A DNA stretch of 32,000 nucleotides from Candidatus Saccharimonadota bacterium (GCA_963677105.1 OY781871.1:630001-662000), one strand, 5' to 3'. Shown: positions 1 to 9,997, counted from the first letter of the stretch. Made by a program: numbers and translations. The notes: generated by a model not told the origin, from the letters alone.

Positions 1-1218
1 GGATATGGTGGAGAAAAAGAAGACGGAATGACACAATTCCTTTTAGAAAAAGGATTTAACGCAGATCAAATAGAAAAATCAGGTGTTTCCTTTGTGCGAG
101 AATTTGGAAACAAAAAAATGAGAGACAGATTTGATCGTCGAGTGCTTTTACCGATTTGTGAGCCACGAAATGGAGAAATAATAGCCTTTTCTGGGCGTAA
201 AATTTTCGAAGAACAAGGAGGAGGAAAATACATTAATTCTCCAGAAAATCCGGTGTATCATAAAAGTGCGACGTTGTTTGGTCTCCATCGTGCACGAAAA
301 AAAATTCAAATGCGTGATGCCGTATTATTAGTGGAAGGAAATTTTGATGTAATTTCTGCTCATTCAGCGGGATTCGAACATTGTGTTGCGACCTGCGGAA
401 CAGCATTAACAGATGATCATTTGCGTATTTTGAAAAGGTTAACGAATACCGTTTTACTCGCATTTGATTCTGATAAAGCAGGAAAAAAAGCAACTTTGCG
501 TGGTGTAGAAATGTGTCTTCGAGAAGAAATGACACCAAGAATTGTGGAAATTTCAGGGGGGAAAGATTTAGATGAAATGTTTCAAAAAACACCTGAGGAA
601 GCGAAAAAATCAATTGAAGGAGCACGAGAAGCACTAGATTTTCTGTTTGAAAAATTTGCAATAAAAAATCTTGATGGCTCAGTAAAAGGTGAGACGAAAT
701 TTTTAGATTCATTTTTCTTTTTCTTACGTCTGGTCTCTCGTCCAATTGAAGTGGATGAATGGTTGAGTCGCATTGCAAAAAAAACAAAGAGATCTCGGCA
801 AGTTATTGATCAAGAATTCAAGCGGTTCGTTGCAGGAAACGCAAAAGAGCAGGGATATCAGAAAGAGAAAACAACGGAATCAAGTATTTCTAAATTTACT
901 CGTGAAGAATCTTTTGTTGGTTTTTTATCAGTTTTCTGGGACTTTTTCGGTCCAAAATTAGAAGGAAAAGAAGAGCTTTCAGAGCTTTTACTAGAAGAAT
1001 TACCAAGAACATTATTAAAAAAGAAGATTTTGAAACAGGAAATTTCTACGGAAGAAAATTTACAAATATCTGCATGGGAATTACATGAAGCCAACAAATA
1101 CGATGAAGATTTTTCTGATGAAAATAAGAAAAAAGAATTCGATCGGTTTGTGAAATTATTTAAAATAGGAAAAGAGAAACGCGGTCGATTAGAACAGGCT
1201 CGTAATTTAAAATTTTAA
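1..1218 (+). CDS. dnaG: DNA primase DnaG, C-terminal portion (5' end lies upstream of the window)
   Basis: Frame 1 is open from base 1 (GYGGEKEDG precedes the listed Met at 28). TOPRIM signature LLVEGNFDVISAHSAG ... LAFDSDKAGKKAT, followed by a helical C-terminal region. Confidence 0.9.
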   Translation, partial: GYGGEKEDGMTQFLLEKGFNADQIEKSGVSFVREFGNKKMRDRFDRRVLLPICEPRNGEIIAFSGRKIFEEQGGGKYINSPENPVYHKSATLFGLHRARKKIQMRDAVLLVEGNFDVISAHSAGFEHCVATCGTALTDDHLRILKRLTNTVLLAFDSDKAGKKATLRGVEMCLREEMTPRIVEISGGKDLDEMFQKTPEEAKKSIEGAREALDFLFEKFAIKNLDGSVKGETKFLDSFFFFLRLVSRPIEVDEWLSRIAKKTKRSRQVIDQEFKRFVAGNAKEQGYQKEKTTESSISKFTREESFVGFLSVFWDFFGPKLEGKEELSELLLEELPRTLLKKKILKQEISTEENLQISAWELHEANKYDEDFSDENKKKEFDRFVKLFKIGKEKRGRLEQARNLKF

Positions 1219-1221
1219 AAA

Positions 1222-1737
1222 ATGAGAACAGAATCAGAACCAAAGATTACACAGAGTACGCACAAAGAACTGTCTTCTTTGCAACAAGAAATCGTTGCAG
1301 AATTAACAAAAGCTGAAAATTCAGAAGCGCGAGTTCGGATGTATGGAGAATTAGTTGATACATACGGAGTAGACGCGTTAGTTGGATTTTTGTTGCCAGA
1401 AATGGGCGACGCAACATCTTCAATTATTTCCGGTTTATATCTTTTATTCGAAGCAAAGGCAGCAGGATTATCGAAAACGGAATATTTAAAAATAGTTGGT
1501 CTACAAACAGCAGATATGTTTGTCGGAGCGATTCCTATAGTTGGAGATATTGCCGACTATTTTTTCCAAGCGAATAAATGGAGTACTGGGTTTTTTGAAA
1601 AACGCGCAGAGGAATTGGAGAAAAAAGCTCGTGAATTAGGAATTGATGAATCTCAAATTGCTCAAATTCGAACAAAAGCTGAAATTTTGCCACAAATTGT
1701 GGGAGAAGTGGTAAAAACAAAACAAGAGTTAGCATAG
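1222..1737 (+). CDS. DUF4112-like membrane protein with N- and C-terminal helical or charged extensions
   Basis: 171-aa ORF 3 nt after dnaG. Core GVDALVGFLLPEMGD ... FVGAIPIVGDIADYFFQANKW matches my memory of the DUF4112 pattern (two GD motifs, K/Q-A-N). Confidence 0.7.
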   Translation: MRTESEPKITQSTHKELSSLQQEIVAELTKAENSEARVRMYGELVDTYGVDALVGFLLPEMGDATSSIISGLYLLFEAKAAGLSKTEYLKIVGLQTADMFVGAIPIVGDIADYFFQANKWSTGFFEKRAEELEKKARELGIDESQIAQIRTKAEILPQIVGEVVKTKQELA

Positions 1738-1769
1738 AAATAGGTATAAAATTTATCTGGGGAAAAGTT

Positions 1770-1798
1770 TTGACAGAAATTTTTTTAAGAAAGATATT
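1770..1798 (+). promoter_or_regulatory. Sigma-70-type promoter for the permease gene
   Basis: TTGACA (1770-1775), 17-nt spacer, GATATT (1793-1798). Only 7 nt separate the -10 box from the ATG at 1806, implying a leaderless or near-leaderless mRNA. Confidence 0.55.
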
Positions 1799-1805
1799 GT
1801 GAGCA

Positions 1806-2765
1806 ATGTTTGATTTATTAGGAAATTGGATAGCGATTGATGTATTTGCTCTTTCAGGGAAATGGGCAGAGATGACAGAATTTTTTATTGCCGATACGAC
1901 AAAAATTCTTGTGTTACTTTTTCTTATTACACATGTAATGGGGTTTGTGCGTGCATATTTACCAATGGCAAAAGTACAAAATTTTCTTAATTCTCGTCGT
2001 TGGTTTGGAGCGGATCATTTGATTGCTGCTGGCTTTGGTGCAATTACGCCTTTTTGTTCTTGTTCGAGTTTGCCACTTTTTATAGGATTTGTTCAGGCGA
2101 GAATTCGTCTAGGAGTGACACTTTCTTTTTTAATCACTTCCCCGCTGGTAAATGAAGTTGCTTTGGCAGTATTTTGGGCAACTTTTGGATGGAAAATTAC
2201 TCTTATATATTTATTTTCGGGATTATTCATCGGCGTGTTTGGTGGAATGATTTTAGGAAAATTTGTTCCAGAGACATGGATTGAAGAAGTTTTTCGAAAT
2301 CTTCCGGAGCAGCATCATGGTTGGCAAAAACCAAAATTTTCTGTTGCGTGGGAAAGGGCACACAAGGAAGCTTTGAAAATTTTCAAATCAATGGTTGGTT
2401 GGGTGATTATGGGAGTTGGATTAGGAGCAATTATGCATGGATGGCTTCCGAAAGAATTTTTTTCCGAAAAATTGAAACTCAATAAATGGTGGGCAGTTCC
2501 ATTGGCAGTTATTGTAGCCGTTCCATTGTATTTGAACGCTTCAGCAGCAGTTCCTGTTGCGGAATCTTTTGTGGAAAAAGGAATGCCGATTGGAACAGCA
2601 ATGGCGATGATGATGGCGACAGTTGGACTCAGTTTTCCCGAAGCGATGATTTTACGTCGTATTATGCGTCCACAGTTATTAGCAACTTTTTTTGCAACAG
2701 TTACTATCGGGATTATTTTAATTGGTTGGAGTTTTAATGCTTGGTTGGGATTCTTATTGTTTTAG
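1806..2765 (+). CDS. Polytopic permease, COG0701 / UPF0718 (ArsP-like) family
   Basis: 319 aa with multiple hydrophobic spans. Family-typical Cys motif ITPFCSCSSLPLFIGF and C-terminal repeat half PLYLNASAAVPVAESFVEKGMPIGTAMAMMMA. Confidence 0.8.
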   Translation: MFDLLGNWIAIDVFALSGKWAEMTEFFIADTTKILVLLFLITHVMGFVRAYLPMAKVQNFLNSRRWFGADHLIAAGFGAITPFCSCSSLPLFIGFVQARIRLGVTLSFLITSPLVNEVALAVFWATFGWKITLIYLFSGLFIGVFGGMILGKFVPETWIEEVFRNLPEQHHGWQKPKFSVAWERAHKEALKIFKSMVGWVIMGVGLGAIMHGWLPKEFFSEKLKLNKWWAVPLAVIVAVPLYLNASAAVPVAESFVEKGMPIGTAMAMMMATVGLSFPEAMILRRIMRPQLLATFFATVTIGIILIGWSFNAWLGFLLF

Positions 2766-2819
2766 TTTCTATGATTGAAGCATATTGCAATTTTCTCCAA
2801 AATCGCGACAATCTCAACG

Positions 2820-3263
2820 ATGGTTATTGATAATCGCCGTGCCCGATTTGAGTACGACTTGCAGGATTCTTTTACTGCGGGAATGGTACTTGAAGGGTGG
2901 GAAGTGAAATCTTTGCGTGCAGGACATGCGAATTTACGAGCGGCGTGGGTTTCTCTTCGTGGTGGAGAAGCGTGGCTGGAGAAATGTACTATTGCGCGAT
3001 GGAAATTTTCCAATGCAGTACAACCAGAAGAACGTTCTCGAAAACTATTACTCAGTAAAAAAGAGCTCCAGAAAATTGAAAATGCATGTCATGAAAAAGG
3101 AACAACAATTACACCATTAAAAATTTTTTCAGACAGAGGGTATTTGAAATGCGAAATAGCGCTTGTTCGTGGGCGAAAAAAACATGAAAAACGTCAACTT
3201 CTCAAAGATCGTGCGATGAAAAAACGAACCGATAGAATTTTGAAAGATTTTAATGCTCGGTGA
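2820..3263 (+). CDS. smpB: SsrA-binding protein SmpB
   Basis: NRRARFEYDLQDSFTAGMVLEGWEVKSLRAG ... RKLLLSKKEL ... basic tail. The ORF-track start at 2775 is a TTG; the first ATG (2820) gives a normal N-terminus. Confidence 0.92.
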   Translation: MVIDNRRARFEYDLQDSFTAGMVLEGWEVKSLRAGHANLRAAWVSLRGGEAWLEKCTIARWKFSNAVQPEERSRKLLLSKKELQKIENACHEKGTTITPLKIFSDRGYLKCEIALVRGRKKHEKRQLLKDRAMKKRTDRILKDFNAR

Positions 3264-3288
3264 TTTATAATTTTTATTCTCTTTTTAA

Positions 3289-3759
3289 ATGAAATGCTCT
3301 GTGTGTGGTTACGAAAACTCAAAAGTAATAGATTCCCGTGTAACGGATGAAGGACGCTCTATTCGTCGACGAAGAGAATGTGAGAAATGTGCTTTTCGAT
3401 TTACGACATTTGAACGCTCTCAGTCAGCAAATTTACTTGTTGAAAAACGAGATGGAACAGCAGAGCCATATGATCGAGAAAAACTAGAAAAAGGAATTCT
3501 AATCGCTTGTGGGAAACGTCCAGTTTCCATTGGAGCGATTCGAGAGCAACTTTCTCAACTAGAAGAGAAATGGGGACGAGAACAAATTGTTCGTTCGGAT
3601 AAAATTGGGGAAGCAGTAATAGAAATGTTACTCGAATTGGATCACGTAGCTTTTCTTCGTTTTGCATCTGTATATCGAGACATTGAGGATTTAGATACTT
3701 TTAAAAAAGAATTCAAAAATTGGATTGATGGGAAAAATAATTTCAAACAGAAAGGTTGA
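3289..3759 (+). CDS. nrdR: Transcriptional repressor NrdR
   Basis: N-terminal zinc ribbon MKCSVCGYENSKVIDSR...RRRRECEKCAFRFTTFE followed by an ATP-cone region. Confidence 0.95.
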   Translation: MKCSVCGYENSKVIDSRVTDEGRSIRRRRECEKCAFRFTTFERSQSANLLVEKRDGTAEPYDREKLEKGILIACGKRPVSIGAIREQLSQLEEKWGREQIVRSDKIGEAVIEMLLELDHVAFLRFASVYRDIEDLDTFKKEFKNWIDGKNNFKQKG

Positions 3760-3811
3760 AAATTTCCTCAAAATCAGCAAACTATCAAAGAAATTATTTA
3801 TCTATTTTACA

Positions 3812-4441
3812 ATGACAGATCTTATTCTCGTTGGGAAACAAGGGTCAGGGAAAGGGACCCAAGCAAAAATTTTAGCAGAAAAATTTGGATTTAAAATATT
3901 TGAAACAGGTGGTGCATTGCGTGCTATCGCAAAAGAAGATTCTGATCTTGGTCGAGAAGTTCTTGCTATTACAACGCGAGGAGATTTAGTACCAAATGAG
4001 GTGGTTATGAAAATTGTTTCAGATTTTCTTTCAAAACTCAAAGGAGACGTTCCAGTAGTTTTTGATGGAATTCCTCGTTCAGAAGAACAGAGAAAAAGTT
4101 TAGAAAAACTGCTTGAAGAAAATGGACGAGAATTTCGAGCACTTGAAGTTCGGCTTTCAAATAAAGAAGCTTTAGCAAGACTTTCTGTTCGTGCTCAGTG
4201 TGGAGATTGCGGAGCAAATTTTGGATCACCAGAAGATATTTGTACCAAATGTGGCAGTACAAATGTCTCTCGTAGAGCAGATGACACACCAGAAGCCATA
4301 TCAAAACGATTAGATAATTTTGAAAAATTTACTGCTCCACTTTTATCTGTGTGGAAAGAATGTGGAAAACTTATTTCTGTAAATGGAGAACAAAAGAGAG
4401 AACTTGTTACGGCAGAAATGCTGGAACAATTAAAGCTCTAA
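3812..4441 (+). CDS. adk: Adenylate kinase with Zn-type lid
   Basis: P-loop LVGKQGSGKGTQAKILAEKFG and lid CGDCG...CTKCG..RRADD. The ORF-track start at 3725 is a TTG overlapping nrdR; the ATG at 3812 gives the canonical N-terminus MTDLILVG. Confidence 0.95.
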   Translation: MTDLILVGKQGSGKGTQAKILAEKFGFKIFETGGALRAIAKEDSDLGREVLAITTRGDLVPNEVVMKIVSDFLSKLKGDVPVVFDGIPRSEEQRKSLEKLLEENGREFRALEVRLSNKEALARLSVRAQCGDCGANFGSPEDICTKCGSTNVSRRADDTPEAISKRLDNFEKFTAPLLSVWKECGKLISVNGEQKRELVTAEMLEQLKL

Positions 4442-4561
4442 TCGAAGTTCAATTTTCAATTTGTAAGCTTCAAATATTAAACGGAAAATCGGCTTTATTC
4501 TTGTGAAAGAAAAAGGATCTTTTTATGACAGAACTCTAAAAATCGTTACACTAAGTACGAA

Positions 4562-5221
4562 ATGAAAAAACAATTTGAAGCAGTTCTCTGGGATTTTGAT
4601 GGAGTAATAGTAGATTCTGAAAGATTGTGGCTTGAATCGGCACCAATATTTTACGAACAACAAGTGGGACACAATATTTCACAAGAAGCACAAGAGCGAT
4701 TTGTGGGAGGAAGTTTGCGGAACGCTTGGACGATTCTTTCTCAAGAGCATGGACTCGCATCTTCCTTTGAAAAATTTGAAAAAGAATGTGTGGAATTTGC
4801 GATTCATGAAATGTATCCACATGTTCAATTAATCCCCAACGCATTGGACGCAATCCTTTTTTTACAAAAAAACAATGTTCCACAAGCAATTGGAACGTCT
4901 GGACATAGAGGATGGTTTAATCCTACATTTGAAAGATTAGAATTGTCTCAATTTTTCGATACAGTTGTGGCATCAGAGGACGTGAACGGAATTGGAAAAC
5001 CAAAGCCAGATATATTCCTTCGTTGTGCAGAGTTATTGAAAATTTCACCTGAAAAATGTTTAGTAATTGAAGATTCAACAAATGGTTGTATTGCAGGGAA
5101 AATGGCAGGAGCAACTGTTTGGGGATTTCGAAATGGTTGGAATGATACACAGGACTTAAGTATGGCTGATTGGGAATTTGATTCGTTTAGAGATATGGTA
5201 AAAAATTTGCAGAAAAAATAG
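4562..5221 (+). CDS. HAD-superfamily hydrolase (beta-phosphoglucomutase / phosphatase-like, subfamily IA)
   Basis: HAD motifs I DFDGVIVDSE, III GKPKPDIF and IV VIEDSTNGCIAGKMAG. The substrate cannot be inferred. Confidence 0.85.
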   Translation: MKKQFEAVLWDFDGVIVDSERLWLESAPIFYEQQVGHNISQEAQERFVGGSLRNAWTILSQEHGLASSFEKFEKECVEFAIHEMYPHVQLIPNALDAILFLQKNNVPQAIGTSGHRGWFNPTFERLELSQFFDTVVASEDVNGIGKPKPDIFLRCAELLKISPEKCLVIEDSTNGCIAGKMAGATVWGFRNGWNDTQDLSMADWEFDSFRDMVKNLQKK

Positions 5222-5242
5222 TTCAAGAGTAATTTCCGAGCA

Positions 5243-5992
5243 ATGAGAATAGAAATTCGGACACCAGAACAATTGAAAAAAATGCGAAAAGCTGGTGAAA
5301 TTTTACGGAATGCACAAATGGCGATACAAAAGCATTGTGTTCCGGGAGTTTCGCTTAAAGAATTAGATGCTATCGCAGATGATGTAATTCGTTCTGCTGG
5401 AGGAATTCCAAATTTTTTTGGATTTCACGGCTTTCCTGCTTCTATTTGCGCGATGTTAAATGATGATGTTGTGCATGGAATTCCAGATGATCGAGTTTTG
5501 AAAAAAGGAGATTTATTGTCTATTGATGGAGGAGTTTTGTGGCAAGGATGGAATTCTGATGCAGCCTTTTCTCTTGTTATAGGAGGAGAAGAAGCAAATA
5601 AAAAAAGAGAAATTTTTCAAAAAACAGTACAAGAAGCACTTTTAGCTGGATGTGAAGCTGCACGAGATGGAAATTGTTTAGGAGATATTGGTTACGCTAT
5701 TGAATCAGTTATTAAAAAAAGCCCTTATTCTATTTGTAAAGAATATACTGGACACGGAATTGGTCGAGAAATGCATGAAGAACCATATGTTTTCAACTAC
5801 GGACACAAAAATACTGGTGCAAGATTAAAATCAGGAATGACGTTTTGTATAGAGCCCATTATTGCAGAGGGAAAACCCGAAGTAAAAACAATGCCAGACA
5901 ATTGGCTCGTTCGTACAGTAGACGGAAAGGATGGATGTCAGTGGGAACATTGTGGAGTTATTACGCCGAATGGATTAGAAATTTTTGCTTAA
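5243..5992 (+). CDS. map: Methionine aminopeptidase, type I
   Basis: 249 aa. Metal-ligand context VVHGIP, LLSIDGG, YTGHGIGREMHEEP, FCIEPI and WEHCGVIT. Confidence 0.95.
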   Translation: MRIEIRTPEQLKKMRKAGEILRNAQMAIQKHCVPGVSLKELDAIADDVIRSAGGIPNFFGFHGFPASICAMLNDDVVHGIPDDRVLKKGDLLSIDGGVLWQGWNSDAAFSLVIGGEEANKKREIFQKTVQEALLAGCEAARDGNCLGDIGYAIESVIKKSPYSICKEYTGHGIGREMHEEPYVFNYGHKNTGARLKSGMTFCIEPIIAEGKPEVKTMPDNWLVRTVDGKDGCQWEHCGVITPNGLEIFA

Positions 5993-6005
5993 TTTAAAAA
6001 CCAAT

Positions 6006-6905
6006 ATGAGAAGATTAAAAACATTTTTCTTTTTTATTCTAATGAACATCGCCGTGTTAATTATGATTAGCACGCTGTTTACTGTGTTTAAACTAGAACC
6101 ATATATAACAAATCAAGGATTGAATTTAGAATCATTATTAATTTTCTCGGCAATTATAGGATTTACCGGATCGTTCATTTCATTGGTCATGTCTCGATGG
6201 ATGGCGAAACGAATTTTTCGAATACAAATCATCGCGTCGCCTCAATCTCAAGAAGAAATATTTTTCTTTCACACCATAGAATCTCTTGCAAATCGAGCAG
6301 GAATAAAAATGCCAGAAGTTGGGATTTATCCGTCAAAAGAAGTAAACGCTTTTGCCACCGGAGCAACAAAAAATAAAGCACTTATTGCGGTGAGTGAGGG
6401 ATTATTTTCAATGTTTTCAAAAGAAGAATTATCGGGTGTGTTGGCGCACGAAATGTCGCATATTACTTCTGGAGATATGATAACAATGACCTTGATGCAA
6501 GGGGTTTTAAATACCTTTGTAATTTTTATTTCACGAGCTTTGGCTTACATTGTTGAAAGCGCTTTGGGAAAGGACTCAGAAGGAATGAATTATTTTGTGT
6601 ATTGGACAACGTCAATCATCTTTGAGATTATTTTTGGTATTTTGGCGGGATTATTATTAAGCGCGTTTTCTCGTCATCGAGAATTTTCTGCTGATGCTCG
6701 AGGAGCGTCATTTGTTGGGAAATCAAAAATGATTGCAGCGTTGAAGCAATTGCAAATGTGTACACAGAGAGTAGAAACATCAAGAAGACAAGCTTCGTTC
6801 GTTTCATTAAAAATTTCTAATAAACCGTCACGTTTAAAATGGTGGAGAACACATCCTTCGCTAGAGTCTCGTATTGAGCGATTACAAAAATTACCAATTT
6901 CCTAA
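6006..6905 (+). CDS. htpX: Membrane zinc metalloprotease HtpX (peptidase M48)
   Basis: Close to collinear with E. coli HtpX as I remember it: INAFATGA, HEMSHITSGDMITMTLMQGVLNTFVIF, FSRHREFSADA, THPSLESRIERL. The first ATG is 6006; the track start at 5985 is a TTG overlapping map. Confidence 0.93.
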   Translation: MRRLKTFFFFILMNIAVLIMISTLFTVFKLEPYITNQGLNLESLLIFSAIIGFTGSFISLVMSRWMAKRIFRIQIIASPQSQEEIFFFHTIESLANRAGIKMPEVGIYPSKEVNAFATGATKNKALIAVSEGLFSMFSKEELSGVLAHEMSHITSGDMITMTLMQGVLNTFVIFISRALAYIVESALGKDSEGMNYFVYWTTSIIFEIIFGILAGLLLSAFSRHREFSADARGASFVGKSKMIAALKQLQMCTQRVETSRRQASFVSLKISNKPSRLKWWRTHPSLESRIERLQKLPIS

Positions 6906-6986
6906 CATTCGTTATGAATACATTGAAAGTAAAAAAAAATTCTATTTTTGAAGTTTCTGGTTTGTAGACGGAAGATCGGAACTGAT

Positions 6987-6999
6987 AGTTGCATTTTTC
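6987..6999 (+). repeat. Left copy of a perfect 13-bp direct repeat AGTTGCATTTTTC
   Basis: Identical 13-mer recurs at 10014-10026. This copy contains the -35 hexamer of the promoter below and half of a TTGCA-N7-TGCAA inverted repeat (6989-7005). Confidence 0.9.
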
Positions 7000-7017
7000 G
7001 TGCAATTGAGGTATAAT
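6989..7017 (+). promoter_or_regulatory. Strong sigma-70-type promoter for the 985-aa gene
   Basis: TTGCAT (6989-6994), 17-nt spacer, consensus TATAAT (7012-7017), located 22 nt upstream of the ATG at 7040. Confidence 0.65.
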
Positions 7018-7039
7018 CTCGTGATTTCAATACATAAAT

Positions 7040-9997
7040 ATGAAATTTCTAAAAAACACGGTAACGGATTTGTGCGTTAATACTCGATTTCTTGCAGTAA
7101 ATGGTTCACCAGAACATGGTGAGCAATTTATTGAAAATAAAGAAGAAATTGTTGTGAAAACGAAATGTGCTTTGAAAAATTTACGAGACTGTGTCCCTAA
7201 AACAGGACAATGGTCGACAGCTAAACAAAATGAAGTTGCAGCGAATATTCCGAAAGGTCCATCTCATGTAGTACAAGCAGGAGATACGTTGGGATCTATT
7301 GTAAAAGGGCTTGTAGGAAAAGTTGATTATAGTCGACCAGTTTTTTACCTTAGTAATCGTATTACAGAGAATGCACGAACAAGATGGAATAAAGATTCAG
7401 ACTGTTTTGATATTCCAGATACATTGGGAATTCAAAAAGAACAAATGTTTAGTCTTGGAGTGGTAAACCTTATTTATCCAGGACAAATTGTTTCAATCCG
7501 AACAGGAGACGACGGAAAAGAATATATTTATGTTGAAGACGGAACAGGAACTGTTCCAGTTTCAAAACCTAAAGAAACGTCAGCACCAGCTCCAGAAGCT
7601 GAAAAACCAGAGTTAGATCCTAAAAAAGAAGAAAAAGAAGAAAAAGAAAAGGAAGAAAAACCAAAAAAAGAATGTCGTAAATTTCCACAAGGAAAAGAAA
7701 CAAAAGACCCATGTCTTACTCCAGAGCAAATTTGGACAGGACTTGAAGGCGGAGAAGAAGCGGCAGTAGAATTATTTGAAGAGTTTTCAGGACAACAAGT
7801 AGAGAATATTGAAGCTGCTCGTAGTGCGTTTTTAAAACTTTATGGAGAAAGGGAAAACGGAAAAGACGGAATGAAAGGAGTCGAGAAAGACGGAGTTTAT
7901 ATTGTTATGGAGAAATATTTTAATCCACGATTCAAAGATGGAGTGTGGGGATCACTTAAAGAATTATTCACTAATCATTCTCTTGCAGATGAGCTGGTTG
8001 ATTCAGGATATAAACGACTTGAGGCGAAACAAATCCAAGAAACTCTTGCTGGACAATTAGAAGGAATTGTAACGGTAGAAAAAAATATTAATGAAAAATT
8101 GAAAGATCAAAATGATGGAGCAATGCGTGATTTTTTCCTTCGAACAGCAACAGGAGCGGCTATTGCATTAGCTTTCGCACCAATTGTTGGAATAAGTGTT
8201 CCAATTCTTCTTTCTGGAATGCCACTATTTAAAGTTCGTGGAGGAATAAAAAGTTTTACTCAGTTCCCTGATGTAGACACCATTTACGCAACATTATCTG
8301 ATCCAAATATTACAAGAGGGGATTTAATTCGAATTGGTGATGAATGGCAAGAAACAAATGAACCAAAAACGTATTTAGAAACACAGAGAACAGCTCTTGC
8401 AGGAGTGAAGGCACAAAATTTCCTTGGATATGACGGACTTGATTCATTCATGGTTATCGTTGGAGGAATGAATCCAGATTTTGATAAAGCAGTTGCTGAC
8501 GGTCTTATATCAACGGAGGATCTACAAGAATATAATGCTCAACGAACAAGATCAAAGGAGATAGAAGAAAAAAATGCAAAAATGCTTTCAAGTTTAGCGA
8601 AGAATGGATATTACTTTGCGGAAGGCGCAGAAAAACAAGCAACTGATGCAAGTAATGGAGGAGAATTTGAACTTGATGATGGATGGTTTATTTCAGATTG
8701 GTGGGAGTATACAGATAAAGATCAATTTGAAGATATTCTTGAAATAGCGAAGCAGGCATTTGATCCTGAGATAAAGCAAGAAAAATATACATTAGCTATG
8801 GATATGCTTGTAGAGCAATTTAATATCAAAGGACAAGAAATGTTGGGAGATGTTTGGGAAAAAGAATTAACAATGACGTCTCTTGATGAAGCATTTCAGT
8901 ACGGACATGAATTTTCTCTTGGAACCTTAGAAAGAAATGATGAATATCCATTAGTCAGGGAATTGTTTGTACGATTTATTCCAACAACTTCCGGACAACC
9001 AGTGAACAAAGGGGCTGATGGACGATGGGAAATGTACATTAAGGAAAATGGAAAAGAAGTTCCTGTTTCACGTCAAGAATATCGAACTGCGAGAGAACTT
9101 ATTGGGAAAAAACCAAAACATTTTACAATAGATGATATTGCAAAACTGGGGTATTCTGCAGATAGATATACAGATGAAGAAAGAGATTCTCTGGTAGATA
9201 AATTGAATAAATTTGATCTTATTATTGGACAATTGTCTCAACTAAAAGAGGCAAAAGATCAGATGGCTCTTACTGTCTGGAACACAGAAGCTATTGATGA
9301 AACTGCGCGACAAAACAACCTTTTGGATACGCAAATGTCAGAAGACGGAACACGAACCGAAACAACAGAGCGAAAACAATATCGTATCGCTATTGCTTCA
9401 AAATTAGCAAAATATGGAACATGGGAAAAATTTGAGCCAATTGCTACACGAGCTTTTTCACCAGAAGTTCAGAAAAAAATAAAAGCTGTTTATGATAAAA
9501 AAGAAGGATCAATGAATGTTCTTATTGAAGATAAAAACTTCCAAGAACAAATTACGAACTTTGCTTGTTTAATGCGAAAAGCAGAACAGTTTGCTACTAT
9601 CAAAGATCTAAATGAATGTGCAGAATTCGTGAAGAATGATATGTATCTTTCTGGGAAAACAGCAGTATACAACAGTAATTATCATACATTTACCTTTGGT
9701 GATGCATATCTTGCGTACATGCTCGGAAAAGGACTTATCAGAACGACAGAAATTGGAAGTAAAAAAGTTTCTTCAGAATATTATTTGAACGAATCAGGAG
9801 AAGCGGTAAAAGCAGAAGGAGGGGTTATTCCTGAAGGAGCTACGAGTTTTACAGTTACAGAGACAGTGAGTACATCAAAACAAGTGGCAGGTTATACAAA
9901 AGATAATTATTGGGTTAAACTAGGAATTATTGGTTTAGCGGGAAGAGTGAATAATGTGGCATGGGACGCATGGGATAATCGCGAAACAAAGGAATAA
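7040..9997 (+). CDS. Large orphan protein: expanded LysM-like N-terminal region, Pro/Glu/Lys-rich linker, central hydrophobic segment, C-terminal region of about 590 aa with no motif I recognise
   Basis: 985-aa uninterrupted ORF. LysM-like ends HVVQAGDTLGSIVKGL ... NLIYPGQIVSI (nt 7265-7498) have an unusually long middle. The PEK linker is at nt 7559-7672. The hydrophobic stretch FFLRTATGAAIALAFAPIVGISVPILLSGMPLF is at nt 8132-8230. No obvious N-terminal signal peptide. Confidence 0.85.
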   Translation: MKFLKNTVTDLCVNTRFLAVNGSPEHGEQFIENKEEIVVKTKCALKNLRDCVPKTGQWSTAKQNEVAANIPKGPSHVVQAGDTLGSIVKGLVGKVDYSRPVFYLSNRITENARTRWNKDSDCFDIPDTLGIQKEQMFSLGVVNLIYPGQIVSIRTGDDGKEYIYVEDGTGTVPVSKPKETSAPAPEAEKPELDPKKEEKEEKEKEEKPKKECRKFPQGKETKDPCLTPEQIWTGLEGGEEAAVELFEEFSGQQVENIEAARSAFLKLYGERENGKDGMKGVEKDGVYIVMEKYFNPRFKDGVWGSLKELFTNHSLADELVDSGYKRLEAKQIQETLAGQLEGIVTVEKNINEKLKDQNDGAMRDFFLRTATGAAIALAFAPIVGISVPILLSGMPLFKVRGGIKSFTQFPDVDTIYATLSDPNITRGDLIRIGDEWQETNEPKTYLETQRTALAGVKAQNFLGYDGLDSFMVIVGGMNPDFDKAVADGLISTEDLQEYNAQRTRSKEIEEKNAKMLSSLAKNGYYFAEGAEKQATDASNGGEFELDDGWFISDWWEYTDKDQFEDILEIAKQAFDPEIKQEKYTLAMDMLVEQFNIKGQEMLGDVWEKELTMTSLDEAFQYGHEFSLGTLERNDEYPLVRELFVRFIPTTSGQPVNKGADGRWEMYIKENGKEVPVSRQEYRTARELIGKKPKHFTIDDIAKLGYSADRYTDEERDSLVDKLNKFDLIIGQLSQLKEAKDQMALTVWNTEAIDETARQNNLLDTQMSEDGTRTETTERKQYRIAIASKLAKYGTWEKFEPIATRAFSPEVQKKIKAVYDKKEGSMNVLIEDKNFQEQITNFACLMRKAEQFATIKDLNECAEFVKNDMYLSGKTAVYNSNYHTFTFGDAYLAYMLGKGLIRTTEIGSKKVSSEYYLNESGEAVKAEGGVIPEGATSFTVTETVSTSKQVAGYTKDNYWVKLGIIGLAGRVNNVAWDAWDNRETKE

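Noticed and set aside
7559-7672. Purine-rich, quasi-repetitive DNA (aaagaagaaaaagaagaaaaagaaaagg...) considered as a tandem repeat or array
   Set aside because: It lies in frame inside the 985-aa ORF and encodes a Pro/Glu/Lys low-complexity linker. It has no fixed repeat unit and no spacer structure.
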